The notes under the pieces are model-generated. The model saw nothing but the letters and a program-made list of their open reading frames with translations, was not told the DNA's origin and did not search any database. From Candidatus Cloacimonadales bacterium (GTDB lineage Bacteria > Cloacimonadota > Cloacimonadia > Cloacimonadales > JAFGVF01): 64,000 nucleotides of DNA. Positions 8,590 through 19,196 of the stretch are shown one piece after another. The position numbers and the translations under genes were made by a program. The stretch is taken from assembly GCA_963677495.2 (NCBI GenBank), contig CAXXOU010000004.1, positions 1,376,001-1,440,000 of the forward strand, read 5' to 3'. Within the stretch, counting starts at the first letter, position 1; each line of letters starts with the position of its first letter.

Positions 8590-10629
8590 ATGAGAAAAGT
8601 TATTCTATTATGCCTTTTGGCAGTAAGTTTGAGTGGTCTGTTTTCTGCAGAAAGCGAACTTTTTTACAGAACCCAAAGGTGGTTTGAGTTTAATCCATCT
8701 TCCCTACCAAATTGGATGACTCCGGAAGAATCAGCAAGAGTTGATGAAATTGGGCGTAACTTTCAGGAGACACCTCCCCCACCTGCACCTGTAAGAGCTG
8801 TTGCAGAATATGAACCAATGGATGCTGTTATGATTAGATACCCACTAGGTATCCCTGTTGATTTTATTGCGATGATGTCTCAAGAAATTGAGGTTATCAC
8901 TCTTGTAAGCAGTTATGAGCAGAGTAGCTGTAGCTCTACTTTCCAATCAGGTGGCGTGAATATGAGTAATGTGACTTACTTAAATACTTCCACTGACTCA
9001 TATTGGGCAAGAGATTACGGTCCTTGGTTTATTATGGATGGCAATGATGAATTAAGTGTTGTTGACTTCGTTTATAATAGACCTCGTCCAAATGATGACG
9101 AAGTGCCGATTACTTTTGCAAACACTTATGGTTTAAACCTATTTGGCATGAACCTTGAGCAAACAGGTGGTAATTATATGTGTAATGACCTTGGTGTTGC
9201 TGCACAAAGTCATATTGCATATACTGAGAATGGGAATAATCAAGCAAATGTTGATAATCTGATGCAACAATATTTAGGCATCACTGACCTTCATGTGATA
9301 CAGGACCCTAATAACACATATATTGATCATATAGACTGCTGGGGTAAATTCTTAGCACCGGATAAAGTACTTATCAGAAGTGTTGCACAATCTCATGCTC
9401 AATACGATGAATTGGAAGAAGTAGCTGCTTACTTTGCAACTTTAGATTGTGGTTGGGGATATCCTTTCGAAGTGATTCGTGTTTATACTCCGAATGACCA
9501 GCCATATTCAAATTCTCTTATTTTGAATAATAGAGTTTTTGTTCCTATTACAGGCAGTTCACATGATGCTGCTGCTTTACAGGTTTATGCTGACGCTATG
9601 CCCGGTTATGAAATTAATGGAATAGTGAACAATACATGGAATGGTTGGGAATCAACAGATGCCCTTCACTGTAGAACTCACGAGCTTGCTGATGAAGATA
9701 TGCTCTATGTTCAACACATACCTTATTTTGGTGAGCAACCTTTTGCTCCTATGACATTTGAAGCTTATATCTACCCATATAGTGGTTCTGCATTGTATGC
9801 AGACTCTTTATATGTTGAGATAGTACAGCCAGATAGCCCAACCCGAATGATGTACCCTTTAACTCAATTAAGTGGAAATGTTTATACTACTCAAGAGTTC
9901 TATCCGGAGCCTGGAGCAACATATCAATATGCGATTCATGCAGCTGATGAATCAGGTCGTTCAGCGAGTCAACCAATAATGGGTTTAACAGATCCACATG
10001 AGTTTACAACTGAAGCGGATCAAATAGCCCCCAGTATTGTTCATACTGCTCTAGAATCATCTGATGATACGGTTTTACCTTTACCAATATCTGCTGAAGT
10101 TACAGATAATTACCAGGTTCTCTCAGTGTACATGGAATATGAGATTGGTGGTGAAACTAGTATATTATCGTTAGTTAATCAGGGAAATGATACATTTAGT
10201 GCTGACTTTAATCATGACTCCACAGGAACATTCAGTGTGAGTTACAGAATTGTTGCTGAAGATGGTACTAACACAACTTACTATCCTGAGGGTAGATGGT
10301 ATAACTTCACAATTACATCAACAAATAATGAAGATAATCTACAGGTAATTGCAGCAAACTCCTTTGATTCTGTATACCCTTCACCAGCACTATTGAATTC
10401 AAGAACTGTCACCTTAAAATACAGCTCAGATTCAGAGCCTACATTTACTGTTTTCAACGTGAAAGGACAGAAAATGAAGACTATTACAGGGTCATACGGT
10501 AAGAATCAGAGCTCTGTGAACTGGGATTTAACAGATACTAACAACAAACAAGTTCCATCTGGGATTTACTTCATTCATATGAAGAATGCAAACTTTAAAG
10601 CTACAACTAAATTACTCGTTATAGAGTAG
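8590..10629 (+). CDS. Secreted agmatine/peptidylarginine deiminase family enzyme with C-terminal sorting domain
   Basis: Signal peptide; AEYEP, WARDYGP, GGN, HID, LHCRT motifs; C-terminal YP...FNVKGQ...WD...SGIYF. Confidence 0.85.
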   Translation: MRKVILLCLLAVSLSGLFSAESELFYRTQRWFEFNPSSLPNWMTPEESARVDEIGRNFQETPPPPAPVRAVAEYEPMDAVMIRYPLGIPVDFIAMMSQEIEVITLVSSYEQSSCSSTFQSGGVNMSNVTYLNTSTDSYWARDYGPWFIMDGNDELSVVDFVYNRPRPNDDEVPITFANTYGLNLFGMNLEQTGGNYMCNDLGVAAQSHIAYTENGNNQANVDNLMQQYLGITDLHVIQDPNNTYIDHIDCWGKFLAPDKVLIRSVAQSHAQYDELEEVAAYFATLDCGWGYPFEVIRVYTPNDQPYSNSLILNNRVFVPITGSSHDAAALQVYADAMPGYEINGIVNNTWNGWESTDALHCRTHELADEDMLYVQHIPYFGEQPFAPMTFEAYIYPYSGSALYADSLYVEIVQPDSPTRMMYPLTQLSGNVYTTQEFYPEPGATYQYAIHAADESGRSASQPIMGLTDPHEFTTEADQIAPSIVHTALESSDDTVLPLPISAEVTDNYQVLSVYMEYEIGGETSILSLVNQGNDTFSADFNHDSTGTFSVSYRIVAEDGTNTTYYPEGRWYNFTITSTNNEDNLQVIAANSFDSVYPSPALLNSRTVTLKYSSDSEPTFTVFNVKGQKMKTITGSYGKNQSSVNWDLTDTNNKQVPSGIYFIHMKNANFKATTKLLVIE

Positions 10630-10648
10630 AATTTAAACTTATATATTT

Positions 10649-10673
10649 GGGCAGTTTATACTGCCCTTTTTTT
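10649..10673 (+). terminator. Intrinsic terminator
   Basis: GGGCAGT/ACTGCCC stem + T7. Confidence 0.85.
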
Positions 10674-10779
10674 GTATATGTTGAATCTTCATTTCAAAAT
10701 TACATAAAAAAGCTTGATTCTTATCATTTAACTATGCATAATGACATTATATTACTAACTCGCGATCATAGGGGACTAA

Positions 10780-12093
10780 ATGGATGCATATATTGCTATA
10801 TGTATAGCACTGATTTTTATTGATATTGCTCTTCTTTATGCTCTTTCTAAAATGAAAAAGGCAAACAAAGAGCTATCCGATAAGATAATTAAACTTACCG
10901 GACACATGGGATCAGATTCAGATCTGCAGATTCCGGAAGCATCGGATGCACAACAAGCACGAAAACTGGAAATACTTGGTCGCCTAGCTATAGGTATCGC
11001 ACATGATTTCAATAATGTACTTCAAGTTATAAATGGGCAATCTGAGTTAATGTTAAACAAGTTTTCTGACCAACCTGAAGTGATAAAGAACCTTCATACT
11101 GTTATTATAGCAGGTGAAAAAGGTGCTTCACTTGCAAGGCAATTATTAGTATTCTCCAGAAAAAAAGAGACTGAGCTAAAACCGGTAGATGTTAATGATG
11201 TAATAAAACCTATGAAAAAGATGCTTGAAAGAGTGATTGGTGAAAACATTCGATTAAATGTACAATTCAACCCCAGGTGTAGTATGGTGATGGCTGATGA
11301 AGTACTTATTGAAGAGATTCTAATGAATCTTACAGTTAATGCTCGTGATGCTATGCTGTTTGGTGGAAATATCACAATTAAAATCGAGGATATACTACCC
11401 GATAAATCAGTGGTTGCGAGAATAACTGAAGCTGAGCATATAAACTATCTTCGATTAACCATTCAAGATGAAGGTGAAGGCATACCAGAAGAGATTCTGG
11501 GAAACATATTTGATCCATTCTTCACTACGAAAGCAGATGATAAAGGTACAGGACTTGGTTTAGCAACTGTATATGGAATCACCCGACAGCTAGGAGGATT
11601 TATTGATGTTGTATCTAAACTTGGTATCGGTACTACATTCCATATTTACCTACCGGCTACTGATGAACGACGTGACATGGAACTAAACTTCCCTACAGAA
11701 GATGAGGTTTGTGTAAATAAAGATAAGAACATTCTAATCCTTGAAGATGATGCCATGGTCAATAAGTTAATCAATGACGTTATCTCATGTGATGGAATGA
11801 ATGTATATAGTGTTTATGATATTGCAGAAGCAACTGCAGTCTATGAGGAGCGAAAAGATGAATTAGACTTAATAATCTCTGATATTATACTTCCGGATGG
11901 AAATGGACCGGAGTTTGTTAAAGGTCTAATCGAAAATGGTATGGATCTTCCATTTATCCTTATTAGTGGTTACACAGAAGATAAGTTGCAGGTTGAAAAG
12001 ATTATTGATAAGGAACACTATTTCTTACATAAGCCATTTACAGTTCCGGATTTGAGAAACACTGTAAACAAAGCTTTATCACAGTCAGATTAG
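10780..12093 (+). CDS. Hybrid sensor histidine kinase/receiver (CckA-like)
   Basis: GIAHDFNNVL H-box, NARDAM, DPFFTTK, GTGLGL, C-terminal REC domain; single N-terminal TM. Confidence 0.9.
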   Translation: MDAYIAICIALIFIDIALLYALSKMKKANKELSDKIIKLTGHMGSDSDLQIPEASDAQQARKLEILGRLAIGIAHDFNNVLQVINGQSELMLNKFSDQPEVIKNLHTVIIAGEKGASLARQLLVFSRKKETELKPVDVNDVIKPMKKMLERVIGENIRLNVQFNPRCSMVMADEVLIEEILMNLTVNARDAMLFGGNITIKIEDILPDKSVVARITEAEHINYLRLTIQDEGEGIPEEILGNIFDPFFTTKADDKGTGLGLATVYGITRQLGGFIDVVSKLGIGTTFHIYLPATDERRDMELNFPTEDEVCVNKDKNILILEDDAMVNKLINDVISCDGMNVYSVYDIAEATAVYEERKDELDLIISDIILPDGNGPEFVKGLIENGMDLPFILISGYTEDKLQVEKIIDKEHYFLHKPFTVPDLRNTVNKALSQSD

Positions 12094-12096
12094 TTG

Positions 12097-13068
12097 TTAT
12101 TTACCCCTTAAAACTGTCCTGATTTTACTTCTAATCAATTTGTTAACTGATTGTAGTATGTTTCTCTTTGTTCTAATCTGAGCTATTGCTGTTTCTTTTG
12201 ATTGATTATTCAGCAAATCATTATAAACCTCCGATAAACCGGCAAATCTATACCCCTTACTTTTGCAGTACTTGATAAAGTCATGTAGTTTCTGAATATC
12301 ACCTAAATCAGGCTTAAACTGCGTATAAGTCGGGTTCCACTTAATAAGAGAATAACTATGAAGAAAGAGAGTGACATATTTCATCCCACTAATATTTAAA
12401 GCGTCTACTGCAAGTGTTAACTCCTCTAATGAACAGCTGTCAATATCCAACTTCTTCATAAGTGTTCTTTGTTTTATAGAAAATGGACCAAACTTGTAAT
12501 TTATACTATTATTGAATACGGTAACAGGGAACTCAGTAACTCTACCTTGTTGAGAAAGAATGTTTGGTTTCATGTTTTCAATTGAGCAATTTCTATGATT
12601 TGGAAAGAATGATGAATCCAGATGAATGCCAAACTCGGTCATGACTTCGAGAGTTGCGTTATTAGCGCCATAACCACCAGCTCTGAAGGCAATCGGTTTT
12701 ACCTTAGTAGTTTCCCTCATCTTCTTCAGAGATGCTTCAAATATGCATCTTTGCTCATCAAAAGAGTAATCTCGGAGCAGTGGTCTTTCAGCATCTAAGC
12801 AAAACTGTGGGTGAATATGTAGCTGTATATCACTTCCTTGCTCTAGAATGCTATAATTGAGCTTAGAAAACTTGTCATTAGAATGACCAATCTCGGCAAA
12901 ATCGACAAAGAAACTTCCATGGATATTATGCTCTGAGAACACATCAAGTATTCTTGGCACTCCATAGCTTTCCTTCCCGATTTTACCGAGAATCAGTCTA
13001 TCAAAATCTCCTAATCTTGTAAGCGATCTAATCGCTTCTACATCTATTGTTGGTATGATTGTTAGCAT
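12097..13068 (-). CDS. Polysaccharide deacetylase family protein
   Basis: TIDVE, QLHIHP, FRAGGY, DSS, LFLHSYS motifs. Confidence 0.75.
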   Translation of the reverse strand: MLTIIPTIDVEAIRSLTRLGDFDRLILGKIGKESYGVPRILDVFSEHNIHGSFFVDFAEIGHSNDKFSKLNYSILEQGSDIQLHIHPQFCLDAERPLLRDYSFDEQRCIFEASLKKMRETTKVKPIAFRAGGYGANNATLEVMTEFGIHLDSSFFPNHRNCSIENMKPNILSQQGRVTEFPVTVFNNSINYKFGPFSIKQRTLMKKLDIDSCSLEELTLAVDALNISGMKYVTLFLHSYSLIKWNPTYTQFKPDLGDIQKLHDFIKYCKSKGYRFAGLSEVYNDLLNNQSKETAIAQIRTKRNILQSVNKLIRSKIRTVLRGK

Positions 13069-13820
13069 TTCTTTTGAGCAATCAGAAGATATCCAGTTGT
13101 AAAATCTGAATCATATTCCAGTTTATCTAAGCTGAGTAGTATATATATTAATACATTTAACCAGATTGGTGCAAGAAGAGCTCTTAACAGAATTACCAGG
13201 CTTAAGAGAAGATATCCGATTTTAACAAAACCCTTACTCTGTCTGGTTTTGCTAATCACCCATGCCATTTTTGTTCTTATGAATCTCTTCTTTAGTCTGG
13301 CTTGCATTGCGTAATAACCACCCAATGGCACAGCTTTTATCGAAGTAAATCCGTTTTGTTCAGCTAGTAATTTCAGACCATATTCTGTTGTCCGCCAATA
13401 ATTATCCGGTGCATTCCATATTGGATATAGAAAATCACTAGATAGGAAAAGATAACCTTTTGGTTTTAGGACTCGATTTATCTCTTTAAAGAATTCATGC
13501 ATGTCTTTAAATACTGGTAAAACCTGAAAGTTTAAAACAGAATCAAAAGACTCATTTTCAAAAGGAAGTTTAGTTCCATCATTGCAAATGACATCTGTAT
13601 CAGAAGGTAATTTATCCAAATTACTATAATAATCTTCTGAATTAGTTCCGATCATAGTATCAACATTCTTAAACAGTTTTTGATATGGTTTCTTTCCACA
13701 ACCAATATCAAGTACTTTACCGTTTACCAAGTATTGATTCTTTTTTATTGCAGAACCCAATAGATGGTGGAATGTTTGGAATATCCACCTATCAACGAAA
13801 CTATAATATAGTTTTCTCAT
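13062..13820 (-). CDS. Class I SAM-dependent methyltransferase
   Basis: VLDIGCG, LPF.NESFD.V, RVLKP.G. Confidence 0.85.
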   Translation of the reverse strand: MRKLYYSFVDRWIFQTFHHLLGSAIKKNQYLVNGKVLDIGCGKKPYQKLFKNVDTMIGTNSEDYYSNLDKLPSDTDVICNDGTKLPFENESFDSVLNFQVLPVFKDMHEFFKEINRVLKPKGYLFLSSDFLYPIWNAPDNYWRTTEYGLKLLAEQNGFTSIKAVPLGGYYAMQARLKKRFIRTKMAWVISKTRQSKGFVKIGYLLLSLVILLRALLAPIWLNVLIYILLSLDKLEYDSDFTTGYLLIAQKKC

Positions 13821-13932
13821 TAACTCTCAAATTATATAACTTTAAAATACATACACTAATCTGTACAAGCATTTTGTACTTGAATTCTTTTATCAATCTC
13901 ATCATCCAATAACTCTCTAGTAATAATTTGAT

Positions 13933-16686
13933 TTAGCGAATTATAAGCAGTTTTTTTATCAAGCTATTTTTTCCATCTTTATATTTGTAGAAATAGATGC
14001 CTGAAGCAACTTTCTCATTTCTGTCAGATAAGCCATCCCATTTGTAAGAATTTTTTCCAGCTAGATAATCAGTATTCACTCTTTTAACTAGTTGTCCTCT
14101 TAGATTAAATACTTCTAAGGATGCTTGTGAGTTATTTTCTTTAACTGGCAGGATAAATGTCAATTCATTATCTAAACTCAAGTTGAAAGGATTTGGGAAA
14201 TGTGTGAGGCAAGTGTTGATCAGTTCTACATTCTCTGATAAAACTGATTGATTTACAATGGTTGCGATTATAGGATAGTAATCCAAATTAGTTCTGTTAA
14301 TCGACAAAGATTCTATAGCTATGTAAGTAGAGTCGAAAAATGTTTCACTACGTACTTGCATAACGACTTGACTCAATATTCCTGTTTCAGGTAACGGATT
14401 TATTCCAGCTGCTGTGAGGTATATTAGAGAATTTTGACTACTAAAAGAGTATTGCCAATTATCAGGGATATCGAATAGGTCAAATCTTTGAAAATCAAAC
14501 AGCTCATCATTATATGAAAGAATCAAATCAAGACTATATATACTATTCGATGCAGTGTATATTACAGGAACAGAAAAGATTTCAGTGTTCTCATTGACTT
14601 CACGATTTAGATGTAAGTATTCAATACTTTCATTAGAGATATCGAAGCACTCAGAGTTTGGTAATGAAGGAATAGTTTCGTTTATATAAGCACTCAAAGT
14701 TGCTGAATCATAAGCTGTTACATACTCATCAGTATCAACGTCAGCATTCTGTAACTGAACGTTTGTCAATTCTCTTGATCCAGAACATGCATCAAGTATA
14801 TACTGGCAATCAGATTCATCAAGAGAATAGTCAAGATTTACATCCCCAATTAAATCACTGTAAGATAATATTGCTCCATCAGAAGTATCATCAAAACTAT
14901 AAATCTCATTATAAGTGCCTTCAATGATTACACAATCTGTATAAGTACACTCAACATCAAGTCTAAAAATAAATGAAAAGATTGTATTTGATGTAATATA
15001 AACAGGATCACCGGACGCCTCTATTGTGACTATTCCATTAATATTGGAGACATCGAATGACCAGTTATTGTCAGTTAGCTCTGTATTAACTTCTGAGATC
15101 CCTAGATTAGTTAAAATGTTTTCCTCATATTGGACAGAAACATCAAAATTATCAATATAACAGTTCATATCACAGAAATCAATGTCCATTTCTGCAGTTT
15201 GACCAACTTGTACATTCTCTTCACTCAAGCTAACAGTTTTATATACTCTTCCAGATTGATTGAATCTGTGAAATGAGTTAACTGGTAATCCGGAATCTGT
15301 AGTAACTGTTCCATCTACCCACTCAATTACAATTGAATCTATTACTGTTGCTTGTCCAAGTCCAAAATGACTAACTATCGTATCTTGACTATTTCTACTT
15401 GATTGAACAAGAACTTTCCTCATTTGCCATTCAGAAGAGCCATCATCATCTGTATCAGCTAGAACCTTTATAATCGCACCAATACTTGTATACTCTCCAG
15501 GTATTTCTTGAAGAGGTATTTGTACCCAGTTATTGCTATTGCCAAGGTTACTATACAAGTTGTTCATCTCAGCCATTCCGGCATAACCGGCTCCACTAGA
15601 TTCAAAAAAGTCTAAACATCCATCATTATTGAAGTCTGCTACTGCCATTGAAATAGTAGGAAGGTTTGCTACATTAACTGATGAAGTAAAGTCTTCCATA
15701 TCAAATGTTCCATCTCCTTGATTCAGATAGAGATAGTTCTCGTATAAATTCCCAATTATTAAATCCAGCCAACCATTGTTATCAAAGTCTCCCCAACATG
15801 CTGTCCTAGAAAAGTTTTGTCCTGCAACAATATCAAAATCATTTGAAAGGGCAAATTGATTATCGTTATTTATAAGCAAATAGTTATCTGCATCCCCTGC
15901 AGCAGTTATGAATACATCTAAATCTAAGTCATTGTCAAAATCGGCCCATGTTGCTGAATTTCCACCTGGACATAATTCATATATAGTATGTTCTTCCGTA
16001 TATTCATATGTTCCATCAGCATTATTCATGAAAACAGCAGGTGGTTCATACATATTTTGAATGTATAGATCTTCGAGCCCATCAGAATTTAAATCAATCC
16101 ATGTACTACCATGCGTAGTGTAAGATGTATTCGAAAGTCCACATGAAAGATCTCGAGTAAAAGTTCCAGTACCATTATTTATGAAAAGTTGGTTGAAACC
16201 GGGTCCTAGGTCCCCAATAAACAAATCAATATCCCCATCGTGGTCAATATCACTCCAACTACAGCAATAACTTTGTTGCATGAAATCAAATTCTGAGCTT
16301 GTTAATGTATTCCAACTCCCATAAGCATACTGATATGCCAAGTAGTGAGGGGTGGAGTTCTCTGATAATAAGAGAATATCCATTAACCCATTACATGTAA
16401 AATCAGTTATTGTTCCCATGATATAAGGACCACTAACATTGCATAAGGGGTGGTCATTGTATGATGAGAAGTAGTTTCCATTGACATTCAGATAGATTTC
16501 ATTGTTTCTATCATTAAAATTGACAATTATCAAATCCTGAAATGTGTCATTATTGAGGTCACCCCAGGAACAACCTAATGAGTTTGAAGGTCTTGTAGAT
16601 ATGCCTAATGGTGTACGTTGAAAAACTTGTGCTTGCAAAACTACTATGAGCAGCTGGGAAACGACTAATAGAATTATTCTTTTCAT
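13933..16686 (-). CDS. Secreted FG-GAP/ASPIC-UnbV protein with cohesin-dockerin-cohesin-like modules and C-terminal sorting domain
   Basis: Multiple W.D.(D/N).DG..D repeats, HFGLG...I.W.DG, paired GDVN.D / ADVD.D loops, FPNPFN...SGIYFY. Confidence 0.75.
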   Translation of the reverse strand: MKRIILLVVSQLLIVVLQAQVFQRTPLGISTRPSNSLGCSWGDLNNDTFQDLIIVNFNDRNNEIYLNVNGNYFSSYNDHPLCNVSGPYIMGTITDFTCNGLMDILLLSENSTPHYLAYQYAYGSWNTLTSSEFDFMQQSYCCSWSDIDHDGDIDLFIGDLGPGFNQLFINNGTGTFTRDLSCGLSNTSYTTHGSTWIDLNSDGLEDLYIQNMYEPPAVFMNNADGTYEYTEEHTIYELCPGGNSATWADFDNDLDLDVFITAAGDADNYLLINNDNQFALSNDFDIVAGQNFSRTACWGDFDNNGWLDLIIGNLYENYLYLNQGDGTFDMEDFTSSVNVANLPTISMAVADFNNDGCLDFFESSGAGYAGMAEMNNLYSNLGNSNNWVQIPLQEIPGEYTSIGAIIKVLADTDDDGSSEWQMRKVLVQSSRNSQDTIVSHFGLGQATVIDSIVIEWVDGTVTTDSGLPVNSFHRFNQSGRVYKTVSLSEENVQVGQTAEMDIDFCDMNCYIDNFDVSVQYEENILTNLGISEVNTELTDNNWSFDVSNINGIVTIEASGDPVYITSNTIFSFIFRLDVECTYTDCVIIEGTYNEIYSFDDTSDGAILSYSDLIGDVNLDYSLDESDCQYILDACSGSRELTNVQLQNADVDTDEYVTAYDSATLSAYINETIPSLPNSECFDISNESIEYLHLNREVNENTEIFSVPVIYTASNSIYSLDLILSYNDELFDFQRFDLFDIPDNWQYSFSSQNSLIYLTAAGINPLPETGILSQVVMQVRSETFFDSTYIAIESLSINRTNLDYYPIIATIVNQSVLSENVELINTCLTHFPNPFNLSLDNELTFILPVKENNSQASLEVFNLRGQLVKRVNTDYLAGKNSYKWDGLSDRNEKVASGIYFYKYKDGKNSLIKKLLIIR

Positions 16687-16734
16687 GGTATCCTCCTATA
16701 ATGTTAATTAAGAGGATAATTTTCTAGTAGTCAA

Positions 16735-17940
16735 TTAATTAATTAATATTTCTAGTATTTTTTTCGTAGCAGACAATGCTTTTTCTCGAAGTTCTTCTGA
16801 AGTAATGCCTTTTGGTGCTATTTTGGCATTCTCATACATCTTATACAAATCCACTTCATCAAGTTCCCAATATTGTGCTAGATTACCATCTATTTCTAAC
16901 CATTCCATCATCTCTTCATATTTCCAATGCCATCCTATTGCTAGAGTTGGGACATTCGATGAAGTTGCTGCTATCAAGGAATGGAATCTTGAGCCAATGA
17001 AGAAATCACATTTACTGATTAGATACTTCACTTCCTCAGCTTCCATTTCCAATGTTTCAACTATTCTCAACCTATCGCTAGAAACTCTAGCTTGAATTCT
17101 TCTGCATAAGCTCAAATCATCTTTATCACCGAGTCCCTTTTTAGCGATTGTATGTGGAATTAAGAGAATCTCAGTATCCTGTTCATGCTTTAAGATCTTG
17201 TTTACAAGATCAATTAGTTTAGGTAAATACAAACCCTTTTCATCTAATCGATTACACACTTCATTGGGAGATAAACCGATGATTTTTCTTCCTTTAAACA
17301 TAGAGTATAAATTATCAACATAATCTGATTTCTTGATCTCAAGAGTTAACGCAATATCAGGATAAACCTCAACATTCTTCGTTACTCCAAGTTCTTGAAG
17401 GTTTTCATAAGAATGCCTTCCTCTAGCCATGATTAAATCTATGTGTGGGAATAACAGTGATGCCATCTTTCGATTATACTTAGACTTAAATGGTCCTAAC
17501 GACTGAGTAAACTTAACTACTTTTGTATTGTTTAAGATAGGTATCTGGAGAAATTTGCTGTAATGATACAGTTTCACTATCCCGAAGTTATCAATAAAAC
17601 TTATGCCTGAAGTACTAATTGCAAGATCACAATTATCATAGACTTCCAACACCTTATCTTTAGTAAACAAACCCTTCTTAACCCCTATTATGGATAGTAA
17701 AAACCTTATCCAAATCTTAACTAACGCTTTATCGAACTCGAACAAATGGTCTGTTAATATCTCTACTTCTTCCCCATTTGATAATGTGTAGGAGCCCTCT
17801 TTTACGTACTTAGAAGTGACATATACCTTAATATCAGGAATAGCTTTACGCAACTCCCTCACAATACAGTTGACCATCGCAACCGCACCTTTATTCCCTA
17901 CTACATCTGCTTCCGTTATAATTACTTGTTTTTGTCTCAT
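16735..17940 (-). CDS. Polysaccharide pyruvyl transferase family protein (WcaK-like)
   Basis: GNKGA.AM, QSLGPF, AR, PDIA, GSRFHSLI motifs. Confidence 0.85.
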   Translation of the reverse strand: MRQKQVIITEADVVGNKGAVAMVNCIVRELRKAIPDIKVYVTSKYVKEGSYTLSNGEEVEILTDHLFEFDKALVKIWIRFLLSIIGVKKGLFTKDKVLEVYDNCDLAISTSGISFIDNFGIVKLYHYSKFLQIPILNNTKVVKFTQSLGPFKSKYNRKMASLLFPHIDLIMARGRHSYENLQELGVTKNVEVYPDIALTLEIKKSDYVDNLYSMFKGRKIIGLSPNEVCNRLDEKGLYLPKLIDLVNKILKHEQDTEILLIPHTIAKKGLGDKDDLSLCRRIQARVSSDRLRIVETLEMEAEEVKYLISKCDFFIGSRFHSLIAATSSNVPTLAIGWHWKYEEMMEWLEIDGNLAQYWELDEVDLYKMYENAKIAPKGITSEELREKALSATKKILEILIN

Positions 17941-19196
17941 TTATCTCTTTTTTTTGAATCAGGTTTCATTACAAAGTGGAAGAAATAGCCTTTAAGCTTG
18001 AAGAATCTTCCTTTAGTACCTATATGCAAATCATCCATGTGGAAAGTCATATATTCTATGACAGCATTGATGTAATGCTTTAGCTTATACTTAATCCCTG
18101 CGTATGGCTTTATGTTTGGAACACTATTTCCAAAGAACTTACTAACCTTTGCATTTACTTCTGAGAATCTTTGTCTATAACTCTTTAAGTTATGTGACAT
18201 TATAAGGTCATTTTCAGAAGCTTCTTTAAGGTTCATGTTCTCAAGATAGGGCAAGACCTTTGTTTTTCTCACAACTATTATGTTCTCTGCCCCATCAGAA
18301 TCTTTGCACCAATTATCTCCAACTGATACATCTGCTAAATCTGCTAGGAAATCAAAGCAATAATAACACCTTTTCAAGTAACCCGACTTAAAGTACTCAT
18401 CTCTGGTGACATAATAATCATTCCCATCTTTAGTGGATACTTTCATCTTTCCTGGCCATGAGCCCCATCTATAATCGATTCTTTTTACATTCTCAGGAGA
18501 AACAAGCATATCCTTTAGCTTATTAATTACAGCTTTCCCATTATATGTCCCACCGCAGAACAACCCGATAGAAAATCTTATATATTCACGCAACTCAGGC
18601 TTTATCTGAATGATTTTGTTTAATGCATGTAGATGACAAGGCAAACCAACAACTGCTGTTCTTAATCTTAACTGCTGAATTTCGTGCAAAGGTTCAGCCC
18701 AATGAACATTAGTGTATATTGACCTTTGATATTTACCAAGATTATATGTATCTCTCAGCAGATAAGTTTGTGCCATATTTAGTTTTCCATCTTCCATTCC
18801 GGCAACCAATACAGCATCAACTGCCTTAGCATTTAGTAAGTTTGCCAGCAATTGTGTTATAAACCCACCTGATGCACCTTTTTGTCTATACTCATCATTT
18901 GTTGAAGATGCTATCATAATCTTCTTGTAAACACCAATATAAGGATTCTCAGGTTGCTTTCTATGAACAATTTCGGATAGTTTAGGGTGGTTTATATCAT
19001 CACCGGGGCAAACACTCAAACACAATCGGCATTTAGTACATTTGATATTGTTGATAAATGGGATATATTGCCCTCTATCTTCAGAATAGATTATCTCAAT
19101 TGCATTTACAGGGCATACAATCTCACACATTCCACAACCAAGGCAGAAACCTGCATCTCTAACTTTTACTACCGTTCGTTTGTTTATAGGACTCAT
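17937..19196 (-). CDS. 4Fe-4S ferredoxin + coenzyme F420 hydrogenase beta-subunit-like protein
   Basis: Two CxxCxxCxxxCP motifs, ASGG..T, VGLPCH, GLFC, RC..C.D...ADVSVGD.W. Confidence 0.85.
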   Translation of the reverse strand: MSPINKRTVVKVRDAGFCLGCGMCEIVCPVNAIEIIYSEDRGQYIPFINNIKCTKCRLCLSVCPGDDINHPKLSEIVHRKQPENPYIGVYKKIMIASSTNDEYRQKGASGGFITQLLANLLNAKAVDAVLVAGMEDGKLNMAQTYLLRDTYNLGKYQRSIYTNVHWAEPLHEIQQLRLRTAVVGLPCHLHALNKIIQIKPELREYIRFSIGLFCGGTYNGKAVINKLKDMLVSPENVKRIDYRWGSWPGKMKVSTKDGNDYYVTRDEYFKSGYLKRCYYCFDFLADLADVSVGDNWCKDSDGAENIIVVRKTKVLPYLENMNLKEASENDLIMSHNLKSYRQRFSEVNAKVSKFFGNSVPNIKPYAGIKYKLKHYINAVIEYMTFHMDDLHIGTKGRFFKLKGYFFHFVMKPDSKKRDK

